From contig CAMPBS010000003.1 in NCBI GenBank assembly GCA_946639585.1, positions 25,595 to 89,594 of the forward strand: a DNA stretch of 64,000 nt, in the 5' to 3' direction. This DNA is from an uncultured Clostridium sp. (GTDB lineage: Bacteria; Bacillota; Clostridia; TANB77; CAG-508). Positions 50,401 through 59,361 of the stretch are shown here, in pieces (within the stretch, counting starts at the first letter, position 1; each line of letters begins with the position of its first letter). Position numbers and translations under genes: made by a program. The notes beneath the pieces were generated by a model. That model did not search any database and was not told where the DNA came from. It worked only from the letters and a program-made list of their open reading frames with translations.

Positions 50401-50423
50401 TTTTTAGGGGACAAGTTTAAAAG
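50401..50423. repeat. degenerate GGGAGTGTCCC-family motif
   Basis: TTTTTAGGGGACAAGTTTAAAAG, immediately after the stop at 50400. Confidence 0.3.
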
Positions 50424-50433
50424 GAGAAAAATT

Positions 50434-51303
50434 ATGGAACAAGTTAATTTTTATGCAACAGATGGTGTTTTATTAAATGGGCTTTTATACAAATCAAATA
50501 CAGAAACAAAAACTATTATAGTTTCAGTTCATGGAATGGGAAGTAATTGTTTTAAAGATAGAGAAGTTGCAATTGCTAAAAATACTATTCAAAATGGAAT
50601 GGATTATTTCTGTTTTAATAATAGAGGAAGTGAACTTGCAAGATATTTAAAGAAAACAGTTAATGGTAAAACAGAGAAAATATTAGCTGGAACATGCTAT
50701 GGAGATGCTTTGGATGGCTATTATGATGTGCTTGGTGCGATTTTAAAAGCTAAAGAACTTGGCTATGAAAATATCTTTGTACAAGGTCATAGTTTAGGAA
50801 GCACTAAGGTTTTATATACATATAAAAAACTAAAGCAAGATAACCATGAAATTCTAAAAAACATAAAGGGACTTATATTACTATCACTAGTTGATATAAA
50901 TGCAGTAATGAAGGCTTATTTAGGAGATAAGCTTCCATATTACCTTGAATTTGCTGAAAAGAAAGAAGCGGAAGGTCATTTAAAATATCTTATGCCATCA
51001 GACAGCTTTATTCATCCAATAAGTGTAAAAACATATTTAAGATATCTAAGAGATTATAAAGAGATAGATATTGATGATTATAATATGGTTTCTTGCATTG
51101 ATATTCCGGTTTTCATGCGCTGGGGAACTGATAATGAAATGACAATTTACAAGCCAGAAGAATTGATCCAACTAGTAACAAGTAAAATTGCCCATGATAA
51201 AAAAGACATAAATTGCATATTCGGTGCAAACCATAGTTACGATAACTATGAAGAAGAATTAGCCAAAGAAATTGATAAATTTGTGAAAGTGTATAATGTA
51301 TAG
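50434..51303 (+). CDS. alpha/beta hydrolase
   Basis: Nucleophile elbow ..VQGHSLGS.. in a 289-aa protein. Confidence 0.6.
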   Translation: MEQVNFYATDGVLLNGLLYKSNTETKTIIVSVHGMGSNCFKDREVAIAKNTIQNGMDYFCFNNRGSELARYLKKTVNGKTEKILAGTCYGDALDGYYDVLGAILKAKELGYENIFVQGHSLGSTKVLYTYKKLKQDNHEILKNIKGLILLSLVDINAVMKAYLGDKLPYYLEFAEKKEAEGHLKYLMPSDSFIHPISVKTYLRYLRDYKEIDIDDYNMVSCIDIPVFMRWGTDNEMTIYKPEELIQLVTSKIAHDKKDINCIFGANHSYDNYEEELAKEIDKFVKVYNV

Positions 51304-51356
51304 AAAGGTGTCCTTAAAATGGACACTTTTGCTTTTAGGAAGTTTCCCAAAAAACA
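51304..51356. repeat. GGACAC/GTGTCC hairpin plus degenerate family motif (terminator-like)
   Basis: AAAGGTGTCC-TTAAAAT-GGACACTTTT, then TTTTAGGAAGTTTCCCAAAAAAC. Confidence 0.4.
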
Positions 51357-51368
51357 TATATTTTTATC

Positions 51369-51406
51369 AAACAACTGTTTACAAACAAATAAATATGTGA
51401 TATAAT
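51369..51406 (+). promoter_or_regulatory. promoter of the Y-family polymerase with candidate LexA (Cheo-like) box
   Basis: AAAC-AACT-GTTT palindrome at 51369-51380 overlaps -35 TTTACA (51378-51383). 17-nt spacer, then extended -10 TGATATAAT (51398-51406). Confidence 0.35.
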
Positions 51407-51438
51407 GCAAATAGAAGTTTGTAGATGGAGGTGTAAAA

Positions 51439-52941
51439 GTGAATAACAAATATGATAAAGTATATATAGCAATTGATTTAAAAAGCTTTTATGCCTCTGT
51501 TGAGTGCAAAGAGAGAGGCTTAAATCCGCTTACAACAAATCTAGTTGTAGCAGATAATAGTAGAACAGAAAAAACGATTTGTTTAGCTGTAACGCCGTCT
51601 TTAAAAGCGTATGGAATACCAGGTAGGGCAAGACTTTTTGAAGTTATACAAAAGGTTGAAGAAGTAAATAAGCAAAGAAGATTAAATGCACCGGGGCATA
51701 GATTTACTTGTGCTTCTTATGATGATATTGCTTTAAAGAAAAATAAGGATTTAGAATTGTCATATATAATAGCACCACCTAGAATGAAATATTATATGGA
51801 ATATAGTGCAAAAATTTATAACATTTATTTAAAATGGTTTTCACAAGAAGATATATTTTCATATTCAATAGATGAAGTATTTATAGATATAACACATTAT
51901 TTACAAACATATAAAATGACTCCAAGGCAACTTGTTACTGCTGTTATAAAAAACGTATATGAAGAAACTGGAATAACAGCAACGGCAGGTATTGGAACAA
52001 ATATGTATTTATGTAAAATTGCCATGGACATAGTAGCAAAACATGTAGATGCTGACGAAAATGGAGTAAGAATTGCAGGATTAGATGAAAAAACATACAG
52101 AAAGTATTTATGGAGTCATAGACCTTTAACAGATTTCTGGCGTGTAGGTAAAGGAATATCTAAAAAGCTTGAACAAAATGGAATGTTTACAATGGGCGAT
52201 GTTGCAAGGATGTCTGAAAAAAATGAGGAGTTGTTATATAAACTATTTGGAATAAATGCAGAGTTACTAATAGACCATGCTTGGGGGTATGAACCTTGTA
52301 CAATTCAGAGTGTAAAAGCATATAAGCCAATATCAAATAGTTTAAGTTTAGGGCAAGTTTTACATCGTCCATATAATTATGAAGAAACTAGATTGATAGT
52401 AAAAGAAATGACAGAATTGCTTACATTAGATTTAGTTAAAAAAGAACTTATTACAAGTAAATTAGTTTTAACTATTGGCTATGATGTAGATAATTTAAAA
52501 GATGAAGAAATCAGTAAAAGATATTATGGAGAGATTACATTAGATAGGTATGGAAGAGAAGTACCAAAACATGCACATGGAACGATAAATATAGACCATA
52601 AAACTTCTTCAACTAAAATAATTACAAAAGCTGTAATGGAACTTTATGAAAGGATAATGAATAAAAATTTATTAGCTCGTAGAATAAATATTACTGCTGA
52701 AGAGGTTATTAGCGAAAATGAATATAAGAGTATGAAGAATTATGAGCAAATGGATTTGTTTGTTGATTATAATAAGATTGATAAGCAAAGAAAAAAGGAA
52801 AAGTCTGAAAAGGAATTACAAAAAGCAGTTTTGAATATAAAAGAAAGATATGGTAAAAATGCAGTGCTTAAGGGGATGAACTATATGGAAGCGGGTACTA
52901 CTATTGATAGAAATGGACAGATTGGAGGTCATCACGGCTAA
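51439..52941 (+). CDS. Y-family DNA polymerase (UvrX/ImpB/UmuC-like)
   Basis: ..YIAIDLKSFYASVEC.. and ..SIDEVFIDIT... GTG start after GGAGG. Confidence 0.8.
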   Translation: MNNKYDKVYIAIDLKSFYASVECKERGLNPLTTNLVVADNSRTEKTICLAVTPSLKAYGIPGRARLFEVIQKVEEVNKQRRLNAPGHRFTCASYDDIALKKNKDLELSYIIAPPRMKYYMEYSAKIYNIYLKWFSQEDIFSYSIDEVFIDITHYLQTYKMTPRQLVTAVIKNVYEETGITATAGIGTNMYLCKIAMDIVAKHVDADENGVRIAGLDEKTYRKYLWSHRPLTDFWRVGKGISKKLEQNGMFTMGDVARMSEKNEELLYKLFGINAELLIDHAWGYEPCTIQSVKAYKPISNSLSLGQVLHRPYNYEETRLIVKEMTELLTLDLVKKELITSKLVLTIGYDVDNLKDEEISKRYYGEITLDRYGREVPKHAHGTINIDHKTSSTKIITKAVMELYERIMNKNLLARRINITAEEVISENEYKSMKNYEQMDLFVDYNKIDKQRKKEKSEKELQKAVLNIKERYGKNAVLKGMNYMEAGTTIDRNGQIGGHHG

Positions 52942-53050
52942 AAAATAATTGGCGAATTTCGTTGTTGAACTGCACTCGATAATCCTCAACGTGCCCATGC
53001 ACGCCTCCGGTTATCTCGTTTGTTCGCCTAGAAATTCACTCAATTATTTT
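52941..53050. repeat. single-copy hairpin-bracketed GC-rich insert between the polymerase and the yolD-like gene
   Basis: Arms AAAAATAATTGGCGAATTTC (52941-52960) and GAAATTCACTCAATTATTTTT (53031-53051) are imperfectly complementary. They flank a ~70-nt G+C-rich core unrelated in sequence to the three-copy family. Confidence 0.4.
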
Positions 53051-53082
53051 TCAGCCTGTTAGAAAAATTCAAGGAGGTAGTA

Positions 53083-53274
53083 ATGAATTTTAAAATTGAT
53101 AAAAGTTATGATGATATTATAAATTTGCCACATCATGTGTCTAAAAAGCACCCTCAAATGTCTTTGTATGCTCGTTCTGCACAATTTGCACCATTTGCTG
53201 CATTAACTGGCTTTGAAGATGTAATAAAAGAAACAGCAGAAAAGCATGAGGAAGAAGAAGAAAATAAAAACTAA
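53083..53274 (+). CDS. YolD-like protein
   Basis: 63 aa with ..RSAQFAPFAALTGF.. Lies immediately downstream of a Y-family polymerase, as in the uvrX-yolD arrangement. Confidence 0.55.
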   Translation: MNFKIDKSYDDIINLPHHVSKKHPQMSLYARSAQFAPFAALTGFEDVIKETAEKHEEEEENKN

Positions 53275-53302
53275 AAATCTCAATTTACATTGGGATTTTT
53301 TT
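53273..53302 (+). terminator. hairpin terminator forming the 5' part of fab cassette C
   Basis: AAAAATCTCAAT-TTAC-ATTGGGATTTTTTT. Confidence 0.55.
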
Positions 53303-53356
53303 CTTATACCGCAAGGTCAGTTTAATGCATTTTTATTTAAAAATATGATATAAATT
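53303..53356 (+). promoter_or_regulatory. fab-box promoter/operator cassette, copy C
   Basis: CTTATACCGCAAGGTCAGTTTAATGCATTTTTATTTAAAAATATGATATAAATT, upstream of accD. Confidence 0.55.
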
Positions 53357-53440
53357 ATATATGTGTGTAATGGGCAACATTGTGCTTAAAAGCAGTACAT
53401 GTAAGCCAAGTACACTTAATAAAGTTAAGGAGGCATTTTC

Positions 53441-54289
53441 ATGATTGTTGACAAAATCAAGAAAAGGGAACCAGGTATAAAAAAGATAAAGTCAAATATC
53501 GATATTCCAATTGGACAATGGATTAAATGCGATAATTGTAAAGACATTTTATACAAAGATGATGTTAGAAAAAATTATAATATTTGTCCTAATTGTGGCC
53601 ATTATTTTAGAATGCATATTGGTAAACGACTTGCTTTAATTATAGATGAAGGCACATATAAAAGATTTGATTTAAACTTAGATACAACGAATCCTTTAGG
53701 TTTGGAGGATTACCCTAAAAAGCTTAAAACTCTAAGAGAAAAAACTGATTTGGAAGAAGCGGTTGCTTGTGGTACTGGTAAAATTAAAGGAGAAGATGTT
53801 GTTATTTGTATTATGGACAGCGGCTTTTTAATGGGAAGCATGGGAGCTGTTGTTGGAGAGAAGATAACATATAGCATTGAACAAGCTATCAAATTAAAAT
53901 TACCACTTATTATTTTTGCGGTGTCTGGAGGCGCTAGAATGCAAGAGGGGATTGTTTCTCTTATGCAAATGGCTAAAACTACTGCTGCTTTAACTAAATT
54001 AGACGAAGCGGGATTATTATATATTTCTGTTTTAACAGACCCAACATATGGGGGCGTTACAGCATCTTTTGCAAGTTTGGGAGATATTATTTTAGCTGAA
54101 CCAGGTGCAATGATAGGTTTTGCAGGTCCAAGAGTAATTGAACAAACAATAGGGGAGAGTTTACCAGAAGGATTCCAAACAGCAGAATTCCTACTAGATC
54201 ATGGTTTTATAGATAAAATAGTTGAAAGAAAAGATATGAAAGAAACTTTATATAAATTAATACAATATCACAAAGGAGGGCAAGCATAA
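53441..54289 (+). CDS. accD: acetyl-CoA carboxylase carboxyltransferase beta subunit
   Basis: N-terminal zinc ribbon CDNC..CPNCGH and ..GGARMQEG... Confidence 0.9.
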   Translation: MIVDKIKKREPGIKKIKSNIDIPIGQWIKCDNCKDILYKDDVRKNYNICPNCGHYFRMHIGKRLALIIDEGTYKRFDLNLDTTNPLGLEDYPKKLKTLREKTDLEEAVACGTGKIKGEDVVICIMDSGFLMGSMGAVVGEKITYSIEQAIKLKLPLIIFAVSGGARMQEGIVSLMQMAKTTAALTKLDEAGLLYISVLTDPTYGGVTASFASLGDIILAEPGAMIGFAGPRVIEQTIGESLPEGFQTAEFLLDHGFIDKIVERKDMKETLYKLIQYHKGGQA

Positions 54290-55098
54290 TGGGAAAAGAA
54301 ATATCAGCATGGGAAAGAGTAGAAATTGCAAGAAAACCTAAAAGAAAAACTTCTTTGGATTATATAAATTCAATATTTGATGATTTTATAGAATTACATG
54401 GAGATAGAAATTTTAAAGATGATAAAGCAATTGTATGTGGTTTAGCGAAAATAGGAAAACAAAACTTTACTGTTATTGCTGAGCAAAAGGGTAGAACAAC
54501 AAAGGAAAATATTGAAAGAAACTTTGGTATGCCAAACCCAGAAAGTTATAGAAAAGCAATTAGGTTTATGAAACAAGCTGAAAAGTTTAATAGACCAGTA
54601 ATTACTTTTATTGATACAAAAGGAGCTTATCCAGGTTTAGGAGCAGAGGAAAGAGGCCAAGGAGAAGCTATTGCTAAATCTATGTTTGAAATGGCAAAAT
54701 TGAAAGTTCCAGTTATATCAATAGTAATTGGAGAAGGTTCATCTGGTGGGGCTCTTGCAATAGGTGTTGCAAATAAAGTATTCATGCTAGAAAATGCTAT
54801 TTATTCAATTCTTTCGCCAGAAGGTTATAGCTCAATTCTTTGGAAAGATTCAAGTAGATTTAAAGAAGCAGCAGAAAAAATGAAATTAACAGCAAAAGAC
54901 TTGTATTCTTTGAAAATTATTGATAAGATAATAAACGAGCCAATAAAAATGGAAGAAGAAGATTTTGCAAAAGTTTCAGAAGATATAAAAAAGGCAATAA
55001 AAAAAGAAATATCAAGAATGAATAAGCTTTCTAAAGAAGATGTAATTGAAGAAAGATATGCAAAATTCAGAGAAATAAAAGAATTAGTTGAATTATAA
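54289..55098 (+). CDS. accA: acetyl-CoA carboxylase carboxyltransferase alpha subunit
   Basis: Motifs ..[21 protein letters not shown].. and ..[10 protein letters not shown]... Confidence 0.9.
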   Translation: MGKEISAWERVEIARKPKRKTSLDYINSIFDDFIELHGDRNFKDDKAIVCGLAKIGKQNFTVIAEQKGRTTKENIERNFGMPNPESYRKAIRFMKQAEKFNRPVITFIDTKGAYPGLGAEERGQGEAIAKSMFEMAKLKVPVISIVIGEGSSGGALAIGVANKVFMLENAIYSILSPEGYSSILWKDSSRFKEAAEKMKLTAKDLYSLKIIDKIINEPIKMEEEDFAKVSEDIKKAIKKEISRMNKLSKEDVIEERYAKFREIKELVEL

Positions 55099-55112
55099 AA
55101 TGGAGGTAAAAA

Positions 55113-56003
55113 ATGGGATTAACATTAAAAAATGTTTCAAAGTCATTTGCAGGAAAAAAAGCAGTTGACAATATTTCATTCAGCTTAAATGAGCCAGGTG
55201 TTTATGGATTACTTGGAACAAACGGAGCTGGAAAAACAACAACAATTAGAATGTTGCTTGGAATTTTAAATAAAGATTCTGGAGAAATTACATGGAATGG
55301 TAAAACAGTAGATAGAAAAAATGTGAATTTTGGTTACTTACCAGAAGAAAGAGGTGTGTACCAAAAAACACTTATAATGGACCAATTAATGTATTTTGCA
55401 GAACTTAAAGGCATGAATAAAAGAGATGCTGAAAAATCAATAAAAGAATGGGCAAAAAAATTAAAGGTTGAAGAATATTTAAATAAAACAGCTGAAAAGC
55501 TTTCAAAAGGAAATCAACAAAAAATTCAGCTAATGACTGCTTTAATACACAATCCAGAGCTTGTTGTATTAGATGAACCATTTAGTGGTCTTGACCCTGT
55601 TAACACTGATTTAATAAAAAATATTATTATAGAATTAGTTAGAAATGGTAAATATGTAATAATGTCAGCTCACCAAATGGCGACAATTGAAGAATTTTGT
55701 AGTGATATATTAATTTTAAATAAAGGTATAACAGTGCTACAAGGTAACTTAAAACAAATAAAAGCTTCTTACCCAGCTAATAGAGCTAAAGTTGAAGTAA
55801 ACCAAAATATAGACAATTTCGTAAAAGAATGTAATTTAGAAATCGAAAATGAAGTTGATAATAATTATGTTTTAAAACTAGATGATGAAGAAAAAGCTCA
55901 TAATTTATTAAAAATGTTAGTAAAAAATGATGTTACAATAACAAAATTCGAAATTATGAAGCCAACATTGAATGACATTTTCGTAGAAAAGGTGGGTGAG
56001 TAG
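55113..56003 (+). CDS. ABC transporter ATP-binding protein (NatA-like)
   Basis: Walker A GTNGAGKTT, signature LSKGNQQK and Walker B LVVLDEP. Confidence 0.9.
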   Translation: MGLTLKNVSKSFAGKKAVDNISFSLNEPGVYGLLGTNGAGKTTTIRMLLGILNKDSGEITWNGKTVDRKNVNFGYLPEERGVYQKTLIMDQLMYFAELKGMNKRDAEKSIKEWAKKLKVEEYLNKTAEKLSKGNQQKIQLMTALIHNPELVVLDEPFSGLDPVNTDLIKNIIIELVRNGKYVIMSAHQMATIEEFCSDILILNKGITVLQGNLKQIKASYPANRAKVEVNQNIDNFVKECNLEIENEVDNNYVLKLDDEEKAHNLLKMLVKNDVTITKFEIMKPTLNDIFVEKVGE

Positions 56004-56004
56004 A

Positions 56005-57234
56005 ATGAGAAATTTATTTACAGTAATGAAATTTACAATGAGAGAAATGGTTAGAAAAAAATCATTTATAATCTCAACAATTATAATTCTAGTATTGATT
56101 GTGGTAGGATTTAGTCTTCCTAAAATTTTAAGCACAATACAAGAAGAAAAAGGAAATAAAAAGATTCTAATTTCAGATGAATCTAATGTATTTGAAGGAA
56201 GTTTAGAGTCTTTAAAAAATATGAATTTACCATATGATATTACAATTAACAAAACATCATATGATGATATTAAAAAGAAAATTGAGAATGAAGAAATAAA
56301 AACAGCTATAATAATTGAAAAAGAAAATGAACAAGTAAAATTAAAATATGTTGTACAAAATTTAAGATGGGAAAATGAAGTACCACAAGACTTATTTGGC
56401 GCAATAAACTCAATTTACTCAAATTTACAAATAACAAAATTGGGAATTACACCAGAACAATTACAAGCAATTACACCAAATTTTGAAACAAGTGTTGAAC
56501 AAACACAAGAAAGTGAAGTAGAATTCCAAAATACATTTATTATGATGGCGGTAAGCTTGGCACTTTATATGGCAATTATACTATTTTCAGTGCAAGTTTC
56601 ACAATCTATAACAACAGAAAAGACATCAAAAATAATGGAAACATTAGTAACTTCTACAAGCCCAAGAACAATAGTACTTGGAAAAACAATAGGAATAGGC
56701 TTAATAGGCTTAATGCAAGTTATGTTTTTTATTACAACTGCAATTGTTTGTGCAAATGTATTTTTGGATTCAGAGATTATAAATGCATTATTTGATGTTT
56801 CTAAAATAACACCATTTTTCATCTTAATTACACTTGTATACTTTATTTTGGGATATTTTGCTTATGCATTGTTATATGCTTTAACAGGCTCATTAGTAAC
56901 AAAGCCAGAAGATATACAGTCAGCTAATACACCTGTTTCAATGATTGCAATGATTGGCTTCTATTTAGGATATTTTTCAATATCTATAGATCCAACAAGC
57001 TCAATTGCTGGATTTGCTGGAATATTCCCATTATCATCAGCATTCTGTATGCCTGCAAGAATAATGATGGGATTAGCAACTCCACAAGATATCGCAATTT
57101 CAATAGTGTTATTAGTTGCTATGGTTGCTATAATAACTAAAATTGCAATTAGCATATATTCAAATGCAATTTTGAATTATGGTTCTAAAATGAGCTTAAA
57201 AGAAGCCTTAAGATTATGTAAGGATAAAAAATAG
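56005..57234 (+). CDS. ABC-2 type transporter permease (NatB-like)
   Basis: N-terminal TM helix, large extracytoplasmic loop, then a C-terminal bundle of about five TM helices. Coupled to the ATPase gene. Confidence 0.7.
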   Translation: MRNLFTVMKFTMREMVRKKSFIISTIIILVLIVVGFSLPKILSTIQEEKGNKKILISDESNVFEGSLESLKNMNLPYDITINKTSYDDIKKKIENEEIKTAIIIEKENEQVKLKYVVQNLRWENEVPQDLFGAINSIYSNLQITKLGITPEQLQAITPNFETSVEQTQESEVEFQNTFIMMAVSLALYMAIILFSVQVSQSITTEKTSKIMETLVTSTSPRTIVLGKTIGIGLIGLMQVMFFITTAIVCANVFLDSEIINALFDVSKITPFFILITLVYFILGYFAYALLYALTGSLVTKPEDIQSANTPVSMIAMIGFYLGYFSISIDPTSSIAGFAGIFPLSSAFCMPARIMMGLATPQDIAISIVLLVAMVAIITKIAISIYSNAILNYGSKMSLKEALRLCKDKK

Positions 57235-57243
57235 GAGGAAATT

Positions 57244-58017
57244 ATGATATTAGAAAATAAACAAATTTTAATTATGGGAATTAGAAATAAGTGGAGCATT
57301 GCTTATGGTATAGCAAAATCTGCTTATGAAAATGGAGCAAAGTTACTATTTACATATATGGGAGAAGAAAATAAGGATAAAATAGAAGCTTTAATTTCAG
57401 AATTTGAAGGAAGTAAAGCATATGTTTTAAATGATGCTTCTGTAGATGAAAATGTAAAAGAAGTATTTACACAAATAAAAAAAGAAAATGGGAAAATAGA
57501 TGGTTTAGTTCATGCTATTGCACATGCTAATACAGAAGACTTACACAATGACTTTATATATACAAGCAAAGAAGGATATTCTCATGCAGTTGATGTAAGT
57601 GCATATTCATTTGTACTTGCTGCAAAAACTGCGAAAGAATTAGACTTTTTAAATGAAAATGCAAGCTTGGTAACTTTAACATATCATGGTTCAACAAAAG
57701 TAATTGAAGGATATAACATTATGGGAGTTGCAAAAGCAGCGTTAGAAACAAGTGTAAGATATTTAGCAGAAAATCTTGGAAAAGAAGGAAAAAGAGTAAA
57801 TGCAGTATCTGCTGGACCTATTAAAACACTTTCAGCTAAAGGTATAAAAGATTTTTCATCAATATTAACTGTTGTTGAAGAAAAAGCACCATTACATAGA
57901 AATGTTACAACTACTCAAGTTGGCAATGTTGCAGCATTTTTATTAAGTGATATGTCAGAAGCTGTTACAGGCCAAGTTTTATATGCAGATTCAGGATTTA
58001 ATATTATGGGGGTATAA
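57244..58017 (+). CDS. fabI: enoyl-ACP reductase FabI
   Basis: ..[18 protein letters not shown].. and ..[10 protein letters not shown].. SDR pattern. Confidence 0.85.
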   Translation: MILENKQILIMGIRNKWSIAYGIAKSAYENGAKLLFTYMGEENKDKIEALISEFEGSKAYVLNDASVDENVKEVFTQIKKENGKIDGLVHAIAHANTEDLHNDFIYTSKEGYSHAVDVSAYSFVLAAKTAKELDFLNENASLVTLTYHGSTKVIEGYNIMGVAKAALETSVRYLAENLGKEGKRVNAVSAGPIKTLSAKGIKDFSSILTVVEEKAPLHRNVTTTQVGNVAAFLLSDMSEAVTGQVLYADSGFNIMGV

Positions 58018-58019
58018 AA

Positions 58020-58259
58020 ATGAATAATGAAGAAATTTTTGAAAAATTAAAAGAAATAATAGTAAACCAATTAGGAGTAGAAGAAGAACAAGTCAAAATG
58101 AAATCAACATTTGTAGACGATTTATCAGCTGATTCTCTAGATATAGTTGAACTAGTAATGAGCATTGAAGAAGAATTCGATATGGAAATTCCAGACGAAG
58201 CAGCAGAAAAAATTGTTACAGTTGAAGATGTTGTTAAATATATAGAAGAACATAAATAA
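58020..58259 (+). CDS. acpP: acyl carrier protein
   Basis: Phosphopantetheine site ..[14 protein letters not shown]... Confidence 0.9.
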   Translation: MNNEEIFEKLKEIIVNQLGVEEEQVKMKSTFVDDLSADSLDIVELVMSIEEEFDMEIPDEAAEKIVTVEDVVKYIEEHK

Positions 58260-58265
58260 GTAATA

Positions 58266-58293
58266 AAAAAGCTCAATTTTTATTGAGTTTTTT
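58266..58293 (+). terminator. intrinsic terminator after acpP
   Basis: AAAAAGCTCAAT-TTTT-ATTGAGTTTTTTT. Same hairpin type as in fab cassettes B and C. Confidence 0.6.
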
Positions 58294-58345
58294 TATATTT
58301 TAATGTAAAATTAGTATAAATTAAATAAAGGATAAAGGAATAACA

Positions 58346-59251
58346 ATGAAACAACAATTACCAGATTTTTTTATAAAAAGATTAGAACAGCAATATGTAC
58401 CTGAACTATTAGAAAATATTAAAGATGGCTTTGAAAAGAAGAGATTTACAACTTTTAGAGTTAATACTTTAAAATCAAATAACGAAGAAGTTGAGAAGGT
58501 TTTAAAAGATAATAATATAGAATTTGAAAAAGCAAGTATTTCAGATAATGCTTATATAGTAAAAAATGCAAATGAAGCTAAAATTCAGGAGTTAAAGATT
58601 TTTAATGAAGGTAAAATATATTTACAAAGCTTATCTTCAATGTTGCCACCTATTATTTTAGAACCAAAAGAGAATAATGATATTTTAGATATGGCAGCAG
58701 CACCAGGTGGCAAAACCACGCAAATGGCAGCACTTTCTAATAATAAATCACACATTACAGCGTGTGAAAGAAACCCAATTAGAGCCGAAAAACTAAAATA
58801 CAATATAGAAAAACAAGGGGCAAGCTGCGTATTTTGTATGGTTAAAGATTCAAGAAAAATAGATGATTTCTTCTCATTTGATCAAATTTTATTAGATGCA
58901 CCTTGTAGCGGAAGTGGAACTTTAGATTTAGAAAATGAAAAGTTAAACAAATACTTTACTGAAACTTTAATAGAGAAATCTGTAAAAACTCAAAAATTAT
59001 TGCTAAACAAAGCTATTACAATCTTGAAAAAAGGCTCAGAAATGGTATATTCAACTTGTTCAATTTTACAAGAAGAAAATGAAGAAGTAATACAAAGTGC
59101 TTTAAAAACAGGGAAAGTAGAGGTCGTTCCAATAGACATAGCAAAGTTTGAAAATTTGCCGGTATTGCCAACTAGCATCAATGGAACGCTTTGCCTAATG
59201 CCAAATGAGTATTTTGAAGGATTTTTTGTAGCCAAATTAAAGAAATTATAA
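58346..59251 (+). CDS. RNA cytosine-C5 methyltransferase, NOL1/NOP2/Sun (RsmB/RsmF-like)
   Basis: SAM motif DMAAAPGGKT, plus LLDAPCSGSGT and YSTCS catalytic cysteines. Confidence 0.75.
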   Translation: MKQQLPDFFIKRLEQQYVPELLENIKDGFEKKRFTTFRVNTLKSNNEEVEKVLKDNNIEFEKASISDNAYIVKNANEAKIQELKIFNEGKIYLQSLSSMLPPIILEPKENNDILDMAAAPGGKTTQMAALSNNKSHITACERNPIRAEKLKYNIEKQGASCVFCMVKDSRKIDDFFSFDQILLDAPCSGSGTLDLENEKLNKYFTETLIEKSVKTQKLLLNKAITILKKGSEMVYSTCSILQEENEEVIQSALKTGKVEVVPIDIAKFENLPVLPTSINGTLCLMPNEYFEGFFVAKLKKL

Positions 59252-59260
59252 TAAAATATT

Positions 59261-59288
59261 CTTTTGGGGAGTGTCCCAAAAAGTTTGA
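59261..59288. repeat. GGGAGTGTCCC-family hairpin copy
   Basis: CTTTTGGGGAGTGTCCCAAAAAGTTTG. Has a TTTTGGG/CCCAAAA stem and matches the right arm of the 2449-2545 element. Confidence 0.5.
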
Positions 59289-59361
59289 TAAGATGTTAAA
59301 TAGAGTAATATAAACAAAAAGAGCCAGAATAGAAGTCTAGCTCTTTTTTAAGGTTTTCATA

